NCBI GenBank assembly: GCA_002269645.1
Contig: NIVC01001558.1
Coordinates: 1-64,000 of the forward strand
Reading direction: 5' to 3'
DNA from: Macrostomum lignano
Lineage: Eukaryota
DNA: 64,000 bases
In this document: positions 24,741 through 37,439 of the stretch, one piece after another
Position numbering within the stretch: position 1 is the first letter of the stretch
Layout: every line of letters starts with the position of its first letter
Program-made: the position numbers and the translations under genes
The notes under the pieces: generated by a model
What the model was told of the DNA's origin: nothing
Seen by the model: only the letters and a program-made list of their open reading frames with translations
Database searches by the model: none

Positions 24741-25459
24741 TTCTTGTGTTAAATCATTTTGGTCTGTTGTATACCACTAACTATGCCATACACTAGCTTT
24801 GTAATGCAATTTTCTAGCAGATTGTTTTGTATATTAAATATTTTATGCCAACCATTTTAAATGTTCATTGTATGCTGGAACTTTTTGATATATATATAAA
24901 ATTCAGGAGTAGAAAGGCTAAATTTTTTTAATACAAAATTTGCAAAAAGCAGTATTAAATAATATTAAAAGGAAATGAGATCTTTATAATAGGCCTAACC
25001 TACTATATTAACATTTTTAAAGCATAAAAGGCATTATAAATAAAAAAGCATTAATGTACTTATGCTATATCTTGCTATCACAGAATAGGAAATTAATTTT
25101 GGTTAATAAAAAGCAAGACTATTTAATTTGTAGATATGCATAACACTAACTTTATACTATAGTTTAATACAATGAATCAACTATTTATATATTTTTGTTT
25201 TGGTTATTTCACATATTTTTGAACTACTTAAAAACATTAAACACTTATACCAAATAAGGATAAAATATCAAAATGTTGTTATAGTTAAATTAAATGTTAT
25301 ATATCAAAATGTTGTTTGATATATAACTGATGATTATAGATCATTGATGATTATAATGAACTGATGATGATTAAATGTTGTTATATATCAAAATGTTCTT
25401 TTTACATTGTCAAGACACTATATACTTATACAGAATAGCAAAGTTTTCATTATTATTAG

Positions 25460-26115
25460 TAACAAGCTGTTGAAACCCGCGGATTTTGAACCCGGAGAAT
25501 TTCAATCCCCGGAACTACTTTTGCATGTATTCTGAAATCTAAGGTCATACACAAACAAAAACTTGTTAATAGTTAGTAGGATAGAGGTAGACATAAAGTG
25601 GACACATTCGTGTAAAATTAGGATTTGAGGCAAACATTGATATTGTTGGCTGGGGTACTGCACAGAATGTCAGGTAATGTCTATCTGACTCTAAAACATG
25701 TATTGGCAAACTCTGGCCTCTCCCTGACTCTCCCTATGTCCCTTGGATCCTTTAAAATTTCTATCGTCTCTTCTGTTTCCTCTCTTCTCTCTCGTCCCTC
25801 GTCTCTACTCTCTCTTCTCTCCTCTCTTCTCTCATATCTTCCCTAATCTCTCTTCTCTTTCATCTCTCCTATCTCTTGTCTCTTCTCTCTACTCTTTCCT
25901 CTCTCTCTCCTCTCTACTTTTCGTTTTCTCACTTATCTCCTCTCTCCTGTCTCCTCTCTGTCTCTACTTTTCGTTTTCTCTCTCCTCTCCTCTCTCCTAT
26001 CTTTTTTCGTATCTTCCCTCATCTCTCTTCTCTTTCATATCTCTTATCTCATCTCTTCCCTTTTCTTTTCTCTCTCCTCTCCTCTCTCCTCTCTACTTTT
26101 TCGTTTTCTCTCTTC

Positions 26116-26159
<44 letters not shown>

Positions 26160-28244
26160 TCTCCTCTCCCATCTCTCTTCTCCTCTCTACTCTCTCCCCT
26201 TTTCATTCTCCTATTTCCTCTTCTCTCTCCCTGTCTCTCCTCTCTCCTCTAGTCTCTGTAATCTTTTCTCTCTTATCTCTCCTCTGTTCTCTCTACTCTC
26301 CCATCTCTCGTCTGTTCACCCTCATCTCTGCTCTCTCATCTGTCATCTTTACTCTCTAATATGTTCTCTCACTTATCTCCTCTGTACTCTTCTCTTTCAC
26401 CTCTTCTGACTCCTCTCTTTCCTTACTCCTCTTTTCTTTTCTCTTCCCTATTCTATACTCTCTCTCCTCTATTATCTTCTCTCGTCTCTCTGCACTCCCC
26501 TCTCACCTTTTTGATCTCTCATCTTTACTCTCTCATCTCTCCTTTTATCTGTCTCATCTCTACAATCTCATCTCTCCTTTCTCCCCTCTTCTTACACCCC
26601 TCTCTTATCTCTATCTCTTCTCTTCTCACTCCTCTCCCCCCCTCTTATCTCTATCTCTTCTCTTCTCACTCCTCTCTCCCCCTCTTATCTCCTCTCTTCT
26701 CTATCCTTTCTACTCTCTCCTCTCTAATCTCTCCTCTTCTCTTCCTCTTGACCCTCTGTCATCTTCTTTCTGCTCTCTCATCTCTACTCTCTTCTCACTC
26801 TTCTCTACTCTCCTCTCATCGATCCTCTGTCTCATCTCTCCCCTCTTCTCACCTTTACTCTTTCCTCTCCCTCCTTTCTCCCCTCCTCTCGCTTCTTCCT
26901 CCCTTCTTCTCTGCTCTCTCCTCACCACTTGTCTCTCCTCTTATCTTCCATGTTTTCTATTATCCCCTCTCGCCTCTCCTCTCTTCTAATAGTCTATTCC
27001 TTCTCCTTTCCACTCTCATCTGGCCCGCACATAAGCTGGATTCTTTATCTGGCTTTTGAAGTAAAAGTTTGCCGATCCCTGCTTCGAAAGCCAGTTTGTG
27101 GGACATACTACTCTCATCGTTATTCTCATGCTTTGATCATGTCATCTTTCTTGCCAATTTGCAGCCCTGAAAGGAATTTGTGTATCTTCAGCTCCACTGC
27201 AGTCTGCATCAGTCTAACAACCAAGGAAATATGCATTTCTTAGGCCATTTAAATTTCAAAGTACTTTTAAGAGAAACTTAAAATTTCAATGGTGTGCCTA
27301 ATTAAGTAGGGTTGTATTGCATCGCATCGCCTTTTCATAAATCTTTCGCTTTTTACAAACCATGCTGGATTGCCTCGATTTGCCAATTGCCATCCACTGT
27401 TAAACTGCTGCAGAGTTTGCCAATACAGAGGGGAGGGCAGTGGTTAGAATTTCTTACTAAACTGTTATGGCTAAACGTAGCCTCTCCACTCTCGGGGTGC
27501 AGAGAAGGTTATAAATAAAGTTATTCCAAAACACTGTACATTTGCTATGTACATTCAGTCCTATTGCCTGATCCTTCGTCTGGCTCTGGGGGAATGAGTG
27601 AGTGAGTGGCACAAACAACAGAAAAAGCAGACAAACTTCACATGCTTACAGTTTCTTTTTCGGTTGAGTTACAGAGTTGAAACTTTACTTTTAGATAGAG
27701 AATGAGTCAATGAAGAATTGTGTCAAGTTTGAAGTCAATTGCTTTATTTGGAGCAAACTTATGGCAGCTGAAAGTTAGTCAATTTTGAAACCCTTTTACA
27801 CATCTGGGCCCAGATCGGGATCGAGAAAGAGAGGCAGGTGGGCGGAGGTTGGAGTGGTTGCTACGCTGAAAAAAACAGCCTAACTTTAAAAGTGCACAGC
27901 GCCGTTCAGGATTAACTTTGAAACTCGAAATTTTACATGATTGTTCCAAAATAGTTGAAGATTATCTGTGTCAAATTTGAAGAGAATCGGTAAAAGTGAA
28001 ATGGCGCTATGGAGTATTTAGTGAAAAAATTGCGCATTTTGAGCAGTTTTTTGTACTTTTAGGTAGGAAGACTCAAATTTAGGAAATTTAAAGGTAGCCT
28101 AAGACATTCTCCGTAGTGAGTTTAGGGTGGGTCTAAAATTTGGTGTCATTTGGTTAAGCGGTTTGGGAGTCCATAGTGATCAAAATTGTCCACACACAGA
28201 CAGACACACACACACACAGAGTTTTGATTTTTATATGTAGAGAT
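25460..28244 (+). mobile_element. Helentron/Helitron-like non-autonomous element (HINE/DINE/Lep1-like) with an internal CT-rich array
   Basis: 5' AACAAGCTGTTGAAACCCGCGG; 3' CACACACAGACAGACACAC...TTTTTATATGTAGAGAT; retains CpGs, unlike its flanks. That both ends belong to one element is inference. Confidence 0.5.
25725..27010. repeat. 1.3-kb polypyrimidine (CT-rich) low-complexity tract
   Basis: Almost all C/T on the + strand, includes a pure (CT)n run; it explains the S/L-rich ORFs 25743-27059. Confidence 0.95.
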
Positions 28245-29627
28245 TTCTATTCTTAATATATATTCAATAAGGCTTTGATCTAAAAATTACTCCAATTGGG
28301 CAATATATGCATAAAACTTATAACTTATCTGATTATATAACAAGATGGCTAAGGTAGTTAGTTATATCAAACTAATCAACTAAGAACCAAATATTTATAA
28401 GGAGTTATATAGGACAAAAACATGTAACTCTTAAATGAATAAAAGAGAAAAGACAAAAAAGGTCAAAAATAGAAAAAAATGGTGCAAAACTAGGCTATGT
28501 TACAAAAAGCTCTCTAAATATAAATATATTGCATTTTCATGGAAAATATATCATATTAGTTAGATAAAATTTAGGAGGTTATGTATATATAAATATATCA
28601 AGAGTTAAGTTGTTGATTATATAATATAATGAGGTCTCAGTTCTTTAGAACTATGGCTAGTATAGGGGTAATAAGCTATTGTAGTCTATATTGGAATTTG
28701 TTTAATATAATATTAATGTAATGTTTTATAATTCTAGGATTATTAAGCAATCATGATAGCTGAGATTCTTATTAATATATAATTTTAATATGTTTTATAG
28801 TTTACATATATTTTTATGAACAATACTATATCTTTGCAATAAAGGAAGTTTTCATGAGCAATAAAATAATTGTTAGTATTAATAAACTTCAATTATTTCT
28901 GATACCTTATAGGCCATTCATTAAGTTTGCTTTTAGAGATAGTAGATATACCTATCATTTCTTATATCTAAACTATAATTGGGTAACTTTAAATGGAAAC
29001 CTATAGATAAGCACCTTATATTTGAATCTAAATTTATACAAAAAATTACCTTAAGGTTATTGTTAATTATTGACAAGCCTAGAGAGGCACTCCTAATTTT
29101 AATTCTAATATTAAAATGTTGTCTATATCCCTAATCTCACAGCTAGGGATATGGTAAGTATGTATATAGTATATTCCCCATCCCAGCTATAGATTATATG
29201 TAGTATTCAAAGTAAAGGCTTGCTGGCCTAGTAGACAATGGCTTATACTTCTAACTTTTAAAAGTTGTTCCAACTTAGTACTAATTTCTGCTTAGCTATT
29301 GTCGTCATGCTACTGATAATCAGTAGTATGACATTAATATACACTAAGAACATTCTGATATATTTAATCCAACATTAACTCAGCTAGATGAGCTCGGATT
29401 GGTTGATTCGTTTGTCTGTCTTAGCGTATATGTCTATAACAAGCGATCGTTGGTGTTATATATTATTACAATTTTGGTATGTACTCGTATATTCTCACCA
29501 TTCTTCAATAAAAAGCAAGGCAACAGAATAAAGCGTAGGGAGTTGCTGCATGCTCGGCACTGCAGCATACATATAGTACACTAAAAGTGTTGTGTAGTGA
29601 GCAGGCGACTTACTGCCAGGCAACCAA

Positions 29628-30995
29628 ATGTACTTCGTTCGCGCTTACGATCACGAGGATCATCGGTATCGAACTGACTATCGCGGTCAAACGGTGGTTC
29701 CAAGTTTCACTCTCGAATGTCAGGAAGATCACAGCTGTTACTTGGAAGGCTGTCAAAGAGTTGTAATCAACGTGTCAGGTGAAGTATTTGAAACGCAGTT
29801 AAAAACGCTCAATCGTTATCCGAACACTCTGCTTGGCAATGAGGCGAAACGCCTGGCCTATTGGGATCGCGCTCGATGTCATTTCTTTTTCGACCGTCAT
29901 CGACTCTCGTTTCCCGCCATATTGAACTTCTACCAGACTGGAGGAAAGCTGCGCAAGCCGCACGAAGTGCCAGAGGAGATCTTCTACGATGAATTGAAAT
30001 TCTTTGAAATTGACGAAAGCGTCATCCGCGACTTTTTGCTAACAGAAGGCTACACAATGCAAACTGTGCGCACAGTTGCGCAAACGAATTGGCGCACTCG
30101 GCTTTTCTCAGCGTTTGAATATCCAGATTCTTCGTTATTTGCTAGAACCATAGCAATGTTTAATGTGGCTGTTATTGCTCTAAGCATAGCGCTATTCTGC
30201 TTAGAAACTCTGCCAGCGAAATCTTCTCCAAAGTGTCCAACCCTCGTATCTGCCAAGCAACAGGGCCAATATCAGACTTTGGTTGCACCAGTGCCAACAA
30301 CTACGCCAATTCAGATTTCTCAGCCGTCGAAAACCTATGGATTTAATTGGTTCTTCATCTTAGAGACACTCTGCGTACTGTGGTTCAGTTTTGAGTTCGC
30401 CATCCGACTAGTAACATATCCTTTTCCTCGAAAAGCGTTTATGCTTTCCTTAGCGAATTGGCTCGATTTGGCCAGTATATTGCCGTTTATAGGATCCACA
30501 ATAATCCTGCACTTCACTGTGGACTGCTATGACCAGTGCCAGAAGGGCTCCATATTTCTCAATCTGCTTCGCTTTCTGAGAGTGTTTCGGATATTCAAGT
30601 TTTATAAATACGTCACTGGAATGAAAATTCTTGCTCGCACTCTGCGCATGAGTTTTCGCGAGATGACAATGTTTATATTATTTTTAACCATATGCATAGT
30701 ACTATTCGCCACGGCAATTTACTTTGCTGAAACTGGTAACGACCGTCTGCAGTTCAACAGCATACCTGACTCATTCTGGTGGGCCATCATCAGCATGTGT
30801 ACAGTCGGCTATGGCGACTATGTCCCGCGTAGTCTACCAGGAAAGCTTGTTGGCAGCATCTGTGTAGTGGCTGGCGTGATGACTATTGCCCTGCCAGTGC
30901 CGGTTATTGTCACAAACTTTAACATAGTGTATCGTCAAACACTACAGAAGCGATTTCGGCCAGAGCTGACTAGGGAGAAGCAGATACCGGTGTAG
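29628..30995 (+). CDS. Intronless Shaker (Kv1)-family voltage-gated potassium channel alpha subunit, 455 aa
   Basis: T1 domain (RVVINVSGEVFETQ, FFFDRHR..F.AILNFYQTGGKLRKP), S4 LRFLRVFRIFK, filter TVGYGD, PVP gate ALPVPVIVTNFN. Confidence 0.95.
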   Translation: MYFVRAYDHEDHRYRTDYRGQTVVPSFTLECQEDHSCYLEGCQRVVINVSGEVFETQLKTLNRYPNTLLGNEAKRLAYWDRARCHFFFDRHRLSFPAILNFYQTGGKLRKPHEVPEEIFYDELKFFEIDESVIRDFLLTEGYTMQTVRTVAQTNWRTRLFSAFEYPDSSLFARTIAMFNVAVIALSIALFCLETLPAKSSPKCPTLVSAKQQGQYQTLVAPVPTTTPIQISQPSKTYGFNWFFILETLCVLWFSFEFAIRLVTYPFPRKAFMLSLANWLDLASILPFIGSTIILHFTVDCYDQCQKGSIFLNLLRFLRVFRIFKFYKYVTGMKILARTLRMSFREMTMFILFLTICIVLFATAIYFAETGNDRLQFNSIPDSFWWAIISMCTVGYGDYVPRSLPGKLVGSICVVAGVMTIALPVPVIVTNFNIVYRQTLQKRFRPELTREKQIPV

Positions 30996-31199
30996 TCCAG
31001 CTAGGAACCCTTGACAGTGAAAAATTTTATTTAGTTAAATATTTGACGGCTATGTTAATTCTTCATAGTAAATTATGCCACAGCCTGTTTATTACCAGGT
31101 GCAGTTTTATTGAACCCCGTGTACTTTGTTCATGCAATCCTGAGCAAGCTTTAGCAGCCATAGAAATTTCATAAATAGCCAAATCAATATATTGTCATC

Positions 31200-34100
31200 A
31201 TGTCGCAAGAGAATGCCCCGATAAAGATTGACAAGTGGGACGGCAATGCGTTGAAAAATGCGCTGGATGACGCTGCTAAAAAGGTACGAATATACACGCG
31301 CATTTTGTCACACTTCTACTTCCTAGTTTATACTCGTATAATAAAAATACGTGCATATACCCAGTATCCACTTGCAATGTATTCAACTGAGTCCTGCAAA
31401 TGCCATAGCGGATATGTTTGAGCAGTCACTCTTGATCACCGCTTGTACGAGTATATTATAAATGCACCATTGATAAGATTGATAAGGCTCCTGAGTTGGT
31501 TCTTTCCTGGCTCTGCCTTTCTCGGTTAAGTTTATCTATCTGGAATTGCTAACTGTAGTTTTTGCACCACAATTAGCATAATAAATAAATATGGAATGCA
31601 ATGGGCTACGCAGCCACGCTGGGACCTCCGCCCACTTTCTAAGACTTGCTTTATCTTTATCATAATTGTTCTGCGTCACCGCGTCTTGTTCCAATGTCTG
31701 GTTCTGTTCTTGGATTGCCAGCCAACTGTGAAATTAGCAATCGTTGCATATGCAGATTGCTTTTTGTTCCGCTTCTTTCTTTGGGTTGGCTTCCTTTCTC
31801 CGCTTATATTTCATGATATTTATGAGCTCTGTGTGTGACAATACTTTAATTGCTGCGTATCGTTATTTCTATTAAAGCTGCTGGTGTATTTTAGTTCATT
31901 CTGCTGATGCTGTGGTTAAATAGCACATTTTATTCTCCACTAGGTGTCACTACCTCACTGGAGAATGAAGGGGGTAACATCACTGGAGAATGAAGGGGGT
32001 AGTGACACCACTGGAGAATGAAGGGGGTAGTGACACCACTGGAGAATGAAGGTGGTAGTGACACCACTGGAGAATGAAGGGGGTAGTGACACCACTGGAG
32101 AATGAAGATGGTAGTGACATCACTGGAGAATGAAGGGGGTAGTGACACCACTAGAGAATGAAGGTGGTAGTGACACCATTGGAGAATGAAGGTGGTTGTG
32201 ACACCATTGGAGAATGAAGATGGTAGTGACATCACTGGAGAATGAAGGTGGTAGTGACATCACTGGAGAATGAAGGGGGTAGTGACACCACTGGAGAATG
32301 AAGGTGGTTGTGACCACTGGAGAATGAAGGTGGTAGTGACACCACTGGAGAATGAAGGTGGTAGTGACACCACTAGAGAATGAAGGTGGTAGTGACACCA
32401 TTGGAGAATGAAGGTGGTTGTGACACCATTGGAGAATGAAGATGGTAGTGACATCACTGGAGAATGAAGGTGGTAGTGACACCATTGGAGAATGAAGGTG
32501 GTTGTGACACCATTGGAGAATGAAGATGGTAGTGACATCACTGGAGAATGAAGGGGGTAGTGACACCACTAGAGAATGAAGGTGGTAGTGACACCATTGG
32601 AGAATGAAGGTGGTTGTGACACCATTGGAGAATGAAGATGGTAGTGACATCACTGGAGAATGAAGGTGGTAGTGACATCACTGGAGAATGAAGGGGGTAG
32701 TGACACCACTGGAGAATGAAGGTGGTTGTGACCACTGGAGAATGAAGGTGGTAGTGACACCACTGGAGAATGAAGGTGGTAGTGACACCACTAGAGAATG
32801 AAGGTGGTAGTGACACCATTGGAGAATGAAGGTGGTTGTGACACCATTGGAGAATGAAGATGGTAGTGACATCACTGGAGAATGAAGGTGGTAGTGACAT
32901 CACTGGAGAATGAAGGGGGTAGTGACACCACTGGAGAATGAAGGTGGTAGTGACATCACTGGAGAATGAAGGGGGTAGTGACACCACTGGAGAATGAAGG
33001 GGGTAGTGACACCACTGGAGAATGAAGGGGGATAGTGACACCACTGGAGAATGAAGGTGGTAGTGACACCACTGGAGAATGAAGGTGGTAGTGACACCAC
33101 TGGAGAATGAAGGTGGTAGTGACACCACTGGAGAATGAAGGGGGTAGTGACACCACTGGAGAATGAAGGGGGTAGTGACACCACTGGAGAATGAAGGTGG
33201 TAGTGACACCACTGGAGAATGAAGGTGGTAGTGACACCACTAGAGAATGAAGGTGGTAGTGACACCATTGGAGAATGAAGGTGGTTGTGACACCATTGGA
33301 GAATGAAGATGGTAGTGACATCACTGGAGAATGAAGGGGGTAGTGACACCACTAGAGAATGAAGGTGGTAGTGACACCATTGGAGAATGAAGGTGGTTGT
33401 GACACCATTGGAGAATGAAGATGGTAGTGACATCACTGGAGAATGAAGGTGGTAGTGACATCACTGGAGAATGAAGGGGGTAGTGACACCACTGGAGAAT
33501 GAAGGTGGTTGTGACCACTGGAGAATGAAGGTGGTAGTGACACCACTGGAGAATGAAGGTGGTAGTGACACCACTAGAGAATGAAGGTGGTAGTGACACC
33601 ATTGGAGAATGAAGGTGGTTGTGACACCATTGGAGAATGAAGATGGTAGTGACATCACTGGAGAATGAAGGTGGTAGTGACATCACTGGAGAATGAAGGG
33701 GGTAGTGACACCACTGGAGAATGAAGGTGGTAGTGACACCACTAGAGAATGAAGATGGTAGTGACACCATTGGAGAATGAAGGTGGTAGTGACACCACTG
33801 GAGAATGAAGGTGGTAGTGACACCATTGGAGAATGAAGGTGGTTGTGACACCATTGGAAAATGAAGATGGTAGTGACATCACTGGAGAATGAAGGTGGTA
33901 GTGACATCACTGGAGAATGAAGGGGGTAGTGACATCACTGGAGAATGAAGGTGGTTGTGACCACTGGAGAATGAAGGTGGTAGTGACACCACTGGAGAAT
34001 GAAGGTGGTAGTGACACCACTGGAGAATGAAGGTGGTAGTGACACCACTGGAAAATGTAGGGGGATAGTGACACCATTGGAGAATGAAGGTGGTAGTGAC

Positions 34101-35871
34101 ATCACTGGAGAATGAAGGGGGTAGTGACATCACTGGAGAATGAAGGTGGTTGTGACCACTGGAGAATGAAGGTGGTTGTGACCACTGGAGAATGAAGGTG
34201 GTAGTGACACCACTGGAGAATGAAGGTGGTAGTGACACCACTGGAAAATGTAGGGGGATAGTGACACCATTGGAGAATGAAGGTGGTAGTGACATCACTG
34301 GAGAATGAAGGGGGTAGTGACATCACTGGAGAATGAAGGTGGTAGTGACCACTGGAGAATGAAGATGGTAGTGACACCACTGGAGAATGAAGGTGGTAGT
34401 GACACCACTGGAGAATGAAGAGATAGTGACACCTGGAGAATGAAGGGATAGTGACACCTGGATAATTAAGTGATAGTGACACCTGGAGAATTAAGTGATA
34501 GTGACACCTGGAGAATTAAGTGATAGTGAAACCTGGAGAATTAAGTGATTGTGACACCTGGAGAATTAAGTGATAGTGACACCTGGAGAATTAAGTGATA
34601 GTGACACCTGGAGAATTAAGTGATAGTGACACCTGGAGAATGAAGAGGTATCACTATCTCCTATGTTCTCCAGTGGGTGCCACTACCCTCCATTGAGAGC
34701 TGGTACACAATGTCTTGTACACAATAATCACTTTAGCTCATAACAGAATTAACTCATAATTTCGTCTCGCAGATCATGAATGAAAGCTACGGTCTGGTGG
34801 AAAGCTTCAAGCTCATCGATGGCCGCCTAGCCCTGTGCTCCATGGCCGTCAGCTGCTCGCTGTTTGCGCTGCTCTGGGACTTTCTGTACCCTTTCCCAGC
34901 ATCCAAGACTGTCCTCATCATCTGCGTGGCCTGTTACTTTATTCTAACCGGCGTGATTTCTGTTTACCTGCTTTACTTCGAGGGCGGCGTGTTTTACGTT
35001 GGCCTGGAAAAGGACAAAGCCGGTATCGACCCAGATGACAAGTGGACTCTTCAGTCGTCGCTGAAGAAGTGAGTTTTCTTTATAGTAACTACGTTCTTAA
35101 GGAGTTAGAAGTGAAAGTTACTTTTAAGATTAATTCTAAGGCCTAAAATCATTGTTAATTAATTAATCTGTGAGAATCGCCCCTAATTGATCTCTGAGAA
35201 TCGCCCTAATTAACCTGTAAGACTCACCCTAGTTAACTTGTGGGAATCGCCCTAATAAATTTGAGAATCGCCCTAATAAATTTGAGAATCTCCCCTAATC
35301 AACCAGTGAGAATCGCCCCTAATCAACCTGTGAGAATCGCCCCTAATCAACCTGTGAGAATCGCCCTTAATCAACCTGTGACAATCGACCCTAATCAACC
35401 TGTGAGAATCGCCCCTAATCAACCTGTGAGAATCGCCCCTAATTAACCTGTGAGAATCGCTACTTATTAACCTGTGAGAATCGCCCCTAATAAATATTTG
35501 AGAATCACCCCTAATTAATCTGTGAGAATTGCCCCTAATCCATCTGCAAAAATCGCCCCTAATAAGGATTTGAGAATCGTCCCTAATAAGTATTTGAGAA
35601 TCGCCCCTAATTGATCTCTGAGAATCGCCCTAATCAACCTGTGAGAATCTGCAAAAGCAATCAGATCAGCCCATCCTTGCTCAGGTACGATGACCAGTAC
35701 TGCCTGAAGATCACTTACACAGGCGGCGTGTCCAAGCAGACTCGCAGCGTTGAAAGAGTGTGCTCAGTAACTGAGTTCTTCGACGAGGAAGGCACCCTGT
35801 GCTACGACCTGTACGAGGCCACTGTCAAGGGTCTCAAGGACAGTCTGAGCGCTGACAAGAAGGCAAAGTGA
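31200..35871 (+). CDS. SPCS2: Signal peptidase complex subunit 2 (SPC25); exons 31200-31283, 34773-35068, 35685-35871
   Basis: IDKWDGNALKNALDDAAKK, two TM segments, KK|YDDQY and SVTEFFDEEG; GT-AG junctions phase-compatible (0, 2). Confidence 0.95.
31935..34680. repeat. 28-bp minisatellite (GGAGAATGAAGGTGGTAGTGACACCACT), ~2.7 kb, in SPCS2 intron 1
   Basis: Tandem copies with higher-order periodicity; drifts to a 25-bp variant at the 3' end. Confidence 0.97.
35165..35650. repeat. 24-bp minisatellite (TGTGAGAATCGCCCCTAATCAACC) in SPCS2 intron 2
   Basis: Direct tandem copies. Confidence 0.93.
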
Positions 35872-37439
35872 TTTGTGTATCAACGATTCCGATTGTTTTG
35901 CTGTTTAGTTTCTCTGATCGCAAATTTCAATAACTCTGTAATTTCTTCTGGTCCTGCTAAATATTATTCAACTATTTGTGTACCCTGGTGGCCGTTAGCT
36001 CTTGCATCACATTGTGCTGGCTTTTCATGCAGTTTATTTACAATTTAATTGTCTAGCTTAAAAATCGAGACTGTGTCAATGTTCTGCTTCAGTGATTTTA
36101 GTATTCAGAATGTATTCTGTCGTACACTAAATATAAAGGTAGTTATGGGACTCTGTGTGCATTCGAGCAGTGTTAAATTTGCGTTTTCATTTTTAAATGT
36201 CGTTGATAAATTCTAATCTCTTTGTAGCAGTCCTTAATTGTAACCGTTTGTTCTTGCTGTGGGTTTCGGGTTATCCATCATCTGTTCGCTTTTGCTCTGT
36301 TTCATCTAGAATATTTAAACTGCAGGTGTTTTATCCTGCTTCTGCTTCAGTTTTTGCTTCTGCTTAATAAGAAAGCATATTGAATGCGTTTTGCTGCCTG
36401 GTACTCAGAAAAATTACATTTTTATTTGTTCCCGTTATCGTTTGGTATGTAATAAAAGATTCGGCCTTTTTTTATTGCTTTGTCAATTAAATTAATTAGT
36501 CTTTGCTAAGGCCCCCCCCCCACCTCAGTTAGCTGGTAGCTGTTGATTTCTGCTAGATAGATCATTTTAATTATATTAATTAAGCTCTAATTGGTTGAGC
36601 AGTACGGCATGCGATTGAGCCGTATACGAGCTGTAGCTTAAACTCCCCTGTTCAACAGCCATTTGAGCTGCCCAGCTCACCAGTCCGTGTGTGTGCGTGT
36701 GTGTATTCTGTAATAATCATTTTTCTAGCAGTAAATTAATTGCATTATCGGTGCGCGCTGCGCCCTAATGACTCCCGTATCCCCAACCCCCTTGAGTACT
36801 TGCTGAGCTGGCCTACCATCGGGCTTTTTGTCGGATAGGACAGGGCGGACTGCTTTAGGGAGGGGAGATGTGGTTAGGCCAACAAGATTACTGCACATGG
36901 GTGGGTTGGGGGATGTTTAATTCTATTTGTCCGCTTCCCATATGCACTGCCGGTCAGAAACCCGTTGCATGTCATATTGTAGCTCTCATCACGCCTTCCT
37001 CCGCCATCTTAGTGCAGTTTTTGCCCCTTGGATTTCTGCATAGGTAAAAGCGACATTTTTTACCTGCCCATTCTTACCTCTTCACACCCCCCTTCTCTGC
37101 CTGACACTGTCATCTGTGCCAACCACCGCAATGCTCACTGATACTCACTGGCCTGGTTGTGTGCGAATTTTATGCAGGATTTTATGTGCTAGTCATGATG
37201 CATCACGTGACTGCCTCCGGCGTCTCTCTCCAATCTGGTGGGGAGTCGATCATAGAGCCCCCATGGCTTCTCTCTCCCGCATTGTTTATCCGTATTCCGC
37301 TCTCCCAAGCAATGTTGGTCTGTCCCAGCGAAATATGCTTTTAGCATGCCAGCAACCCAATAAATGCACTCCATCTACATGGATGCCAAACTGTTCCCAT
37401 TGACCACTGAGACTTTATTCTAACCCACTACAGAATTGC

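Noticed and set aside
29215-29275. tRNA-like GGCTTGCTGGCCTAGTAGACAATGG...
   Set aside because: Only an A-box-like match; no B box or cloverleaf.
31930-34482. Many long ORFs (SLPPSFSSGVTT...)
   Set aside because: Translations of a stop-free 28-bp repeat inside an SPCS2 intron.
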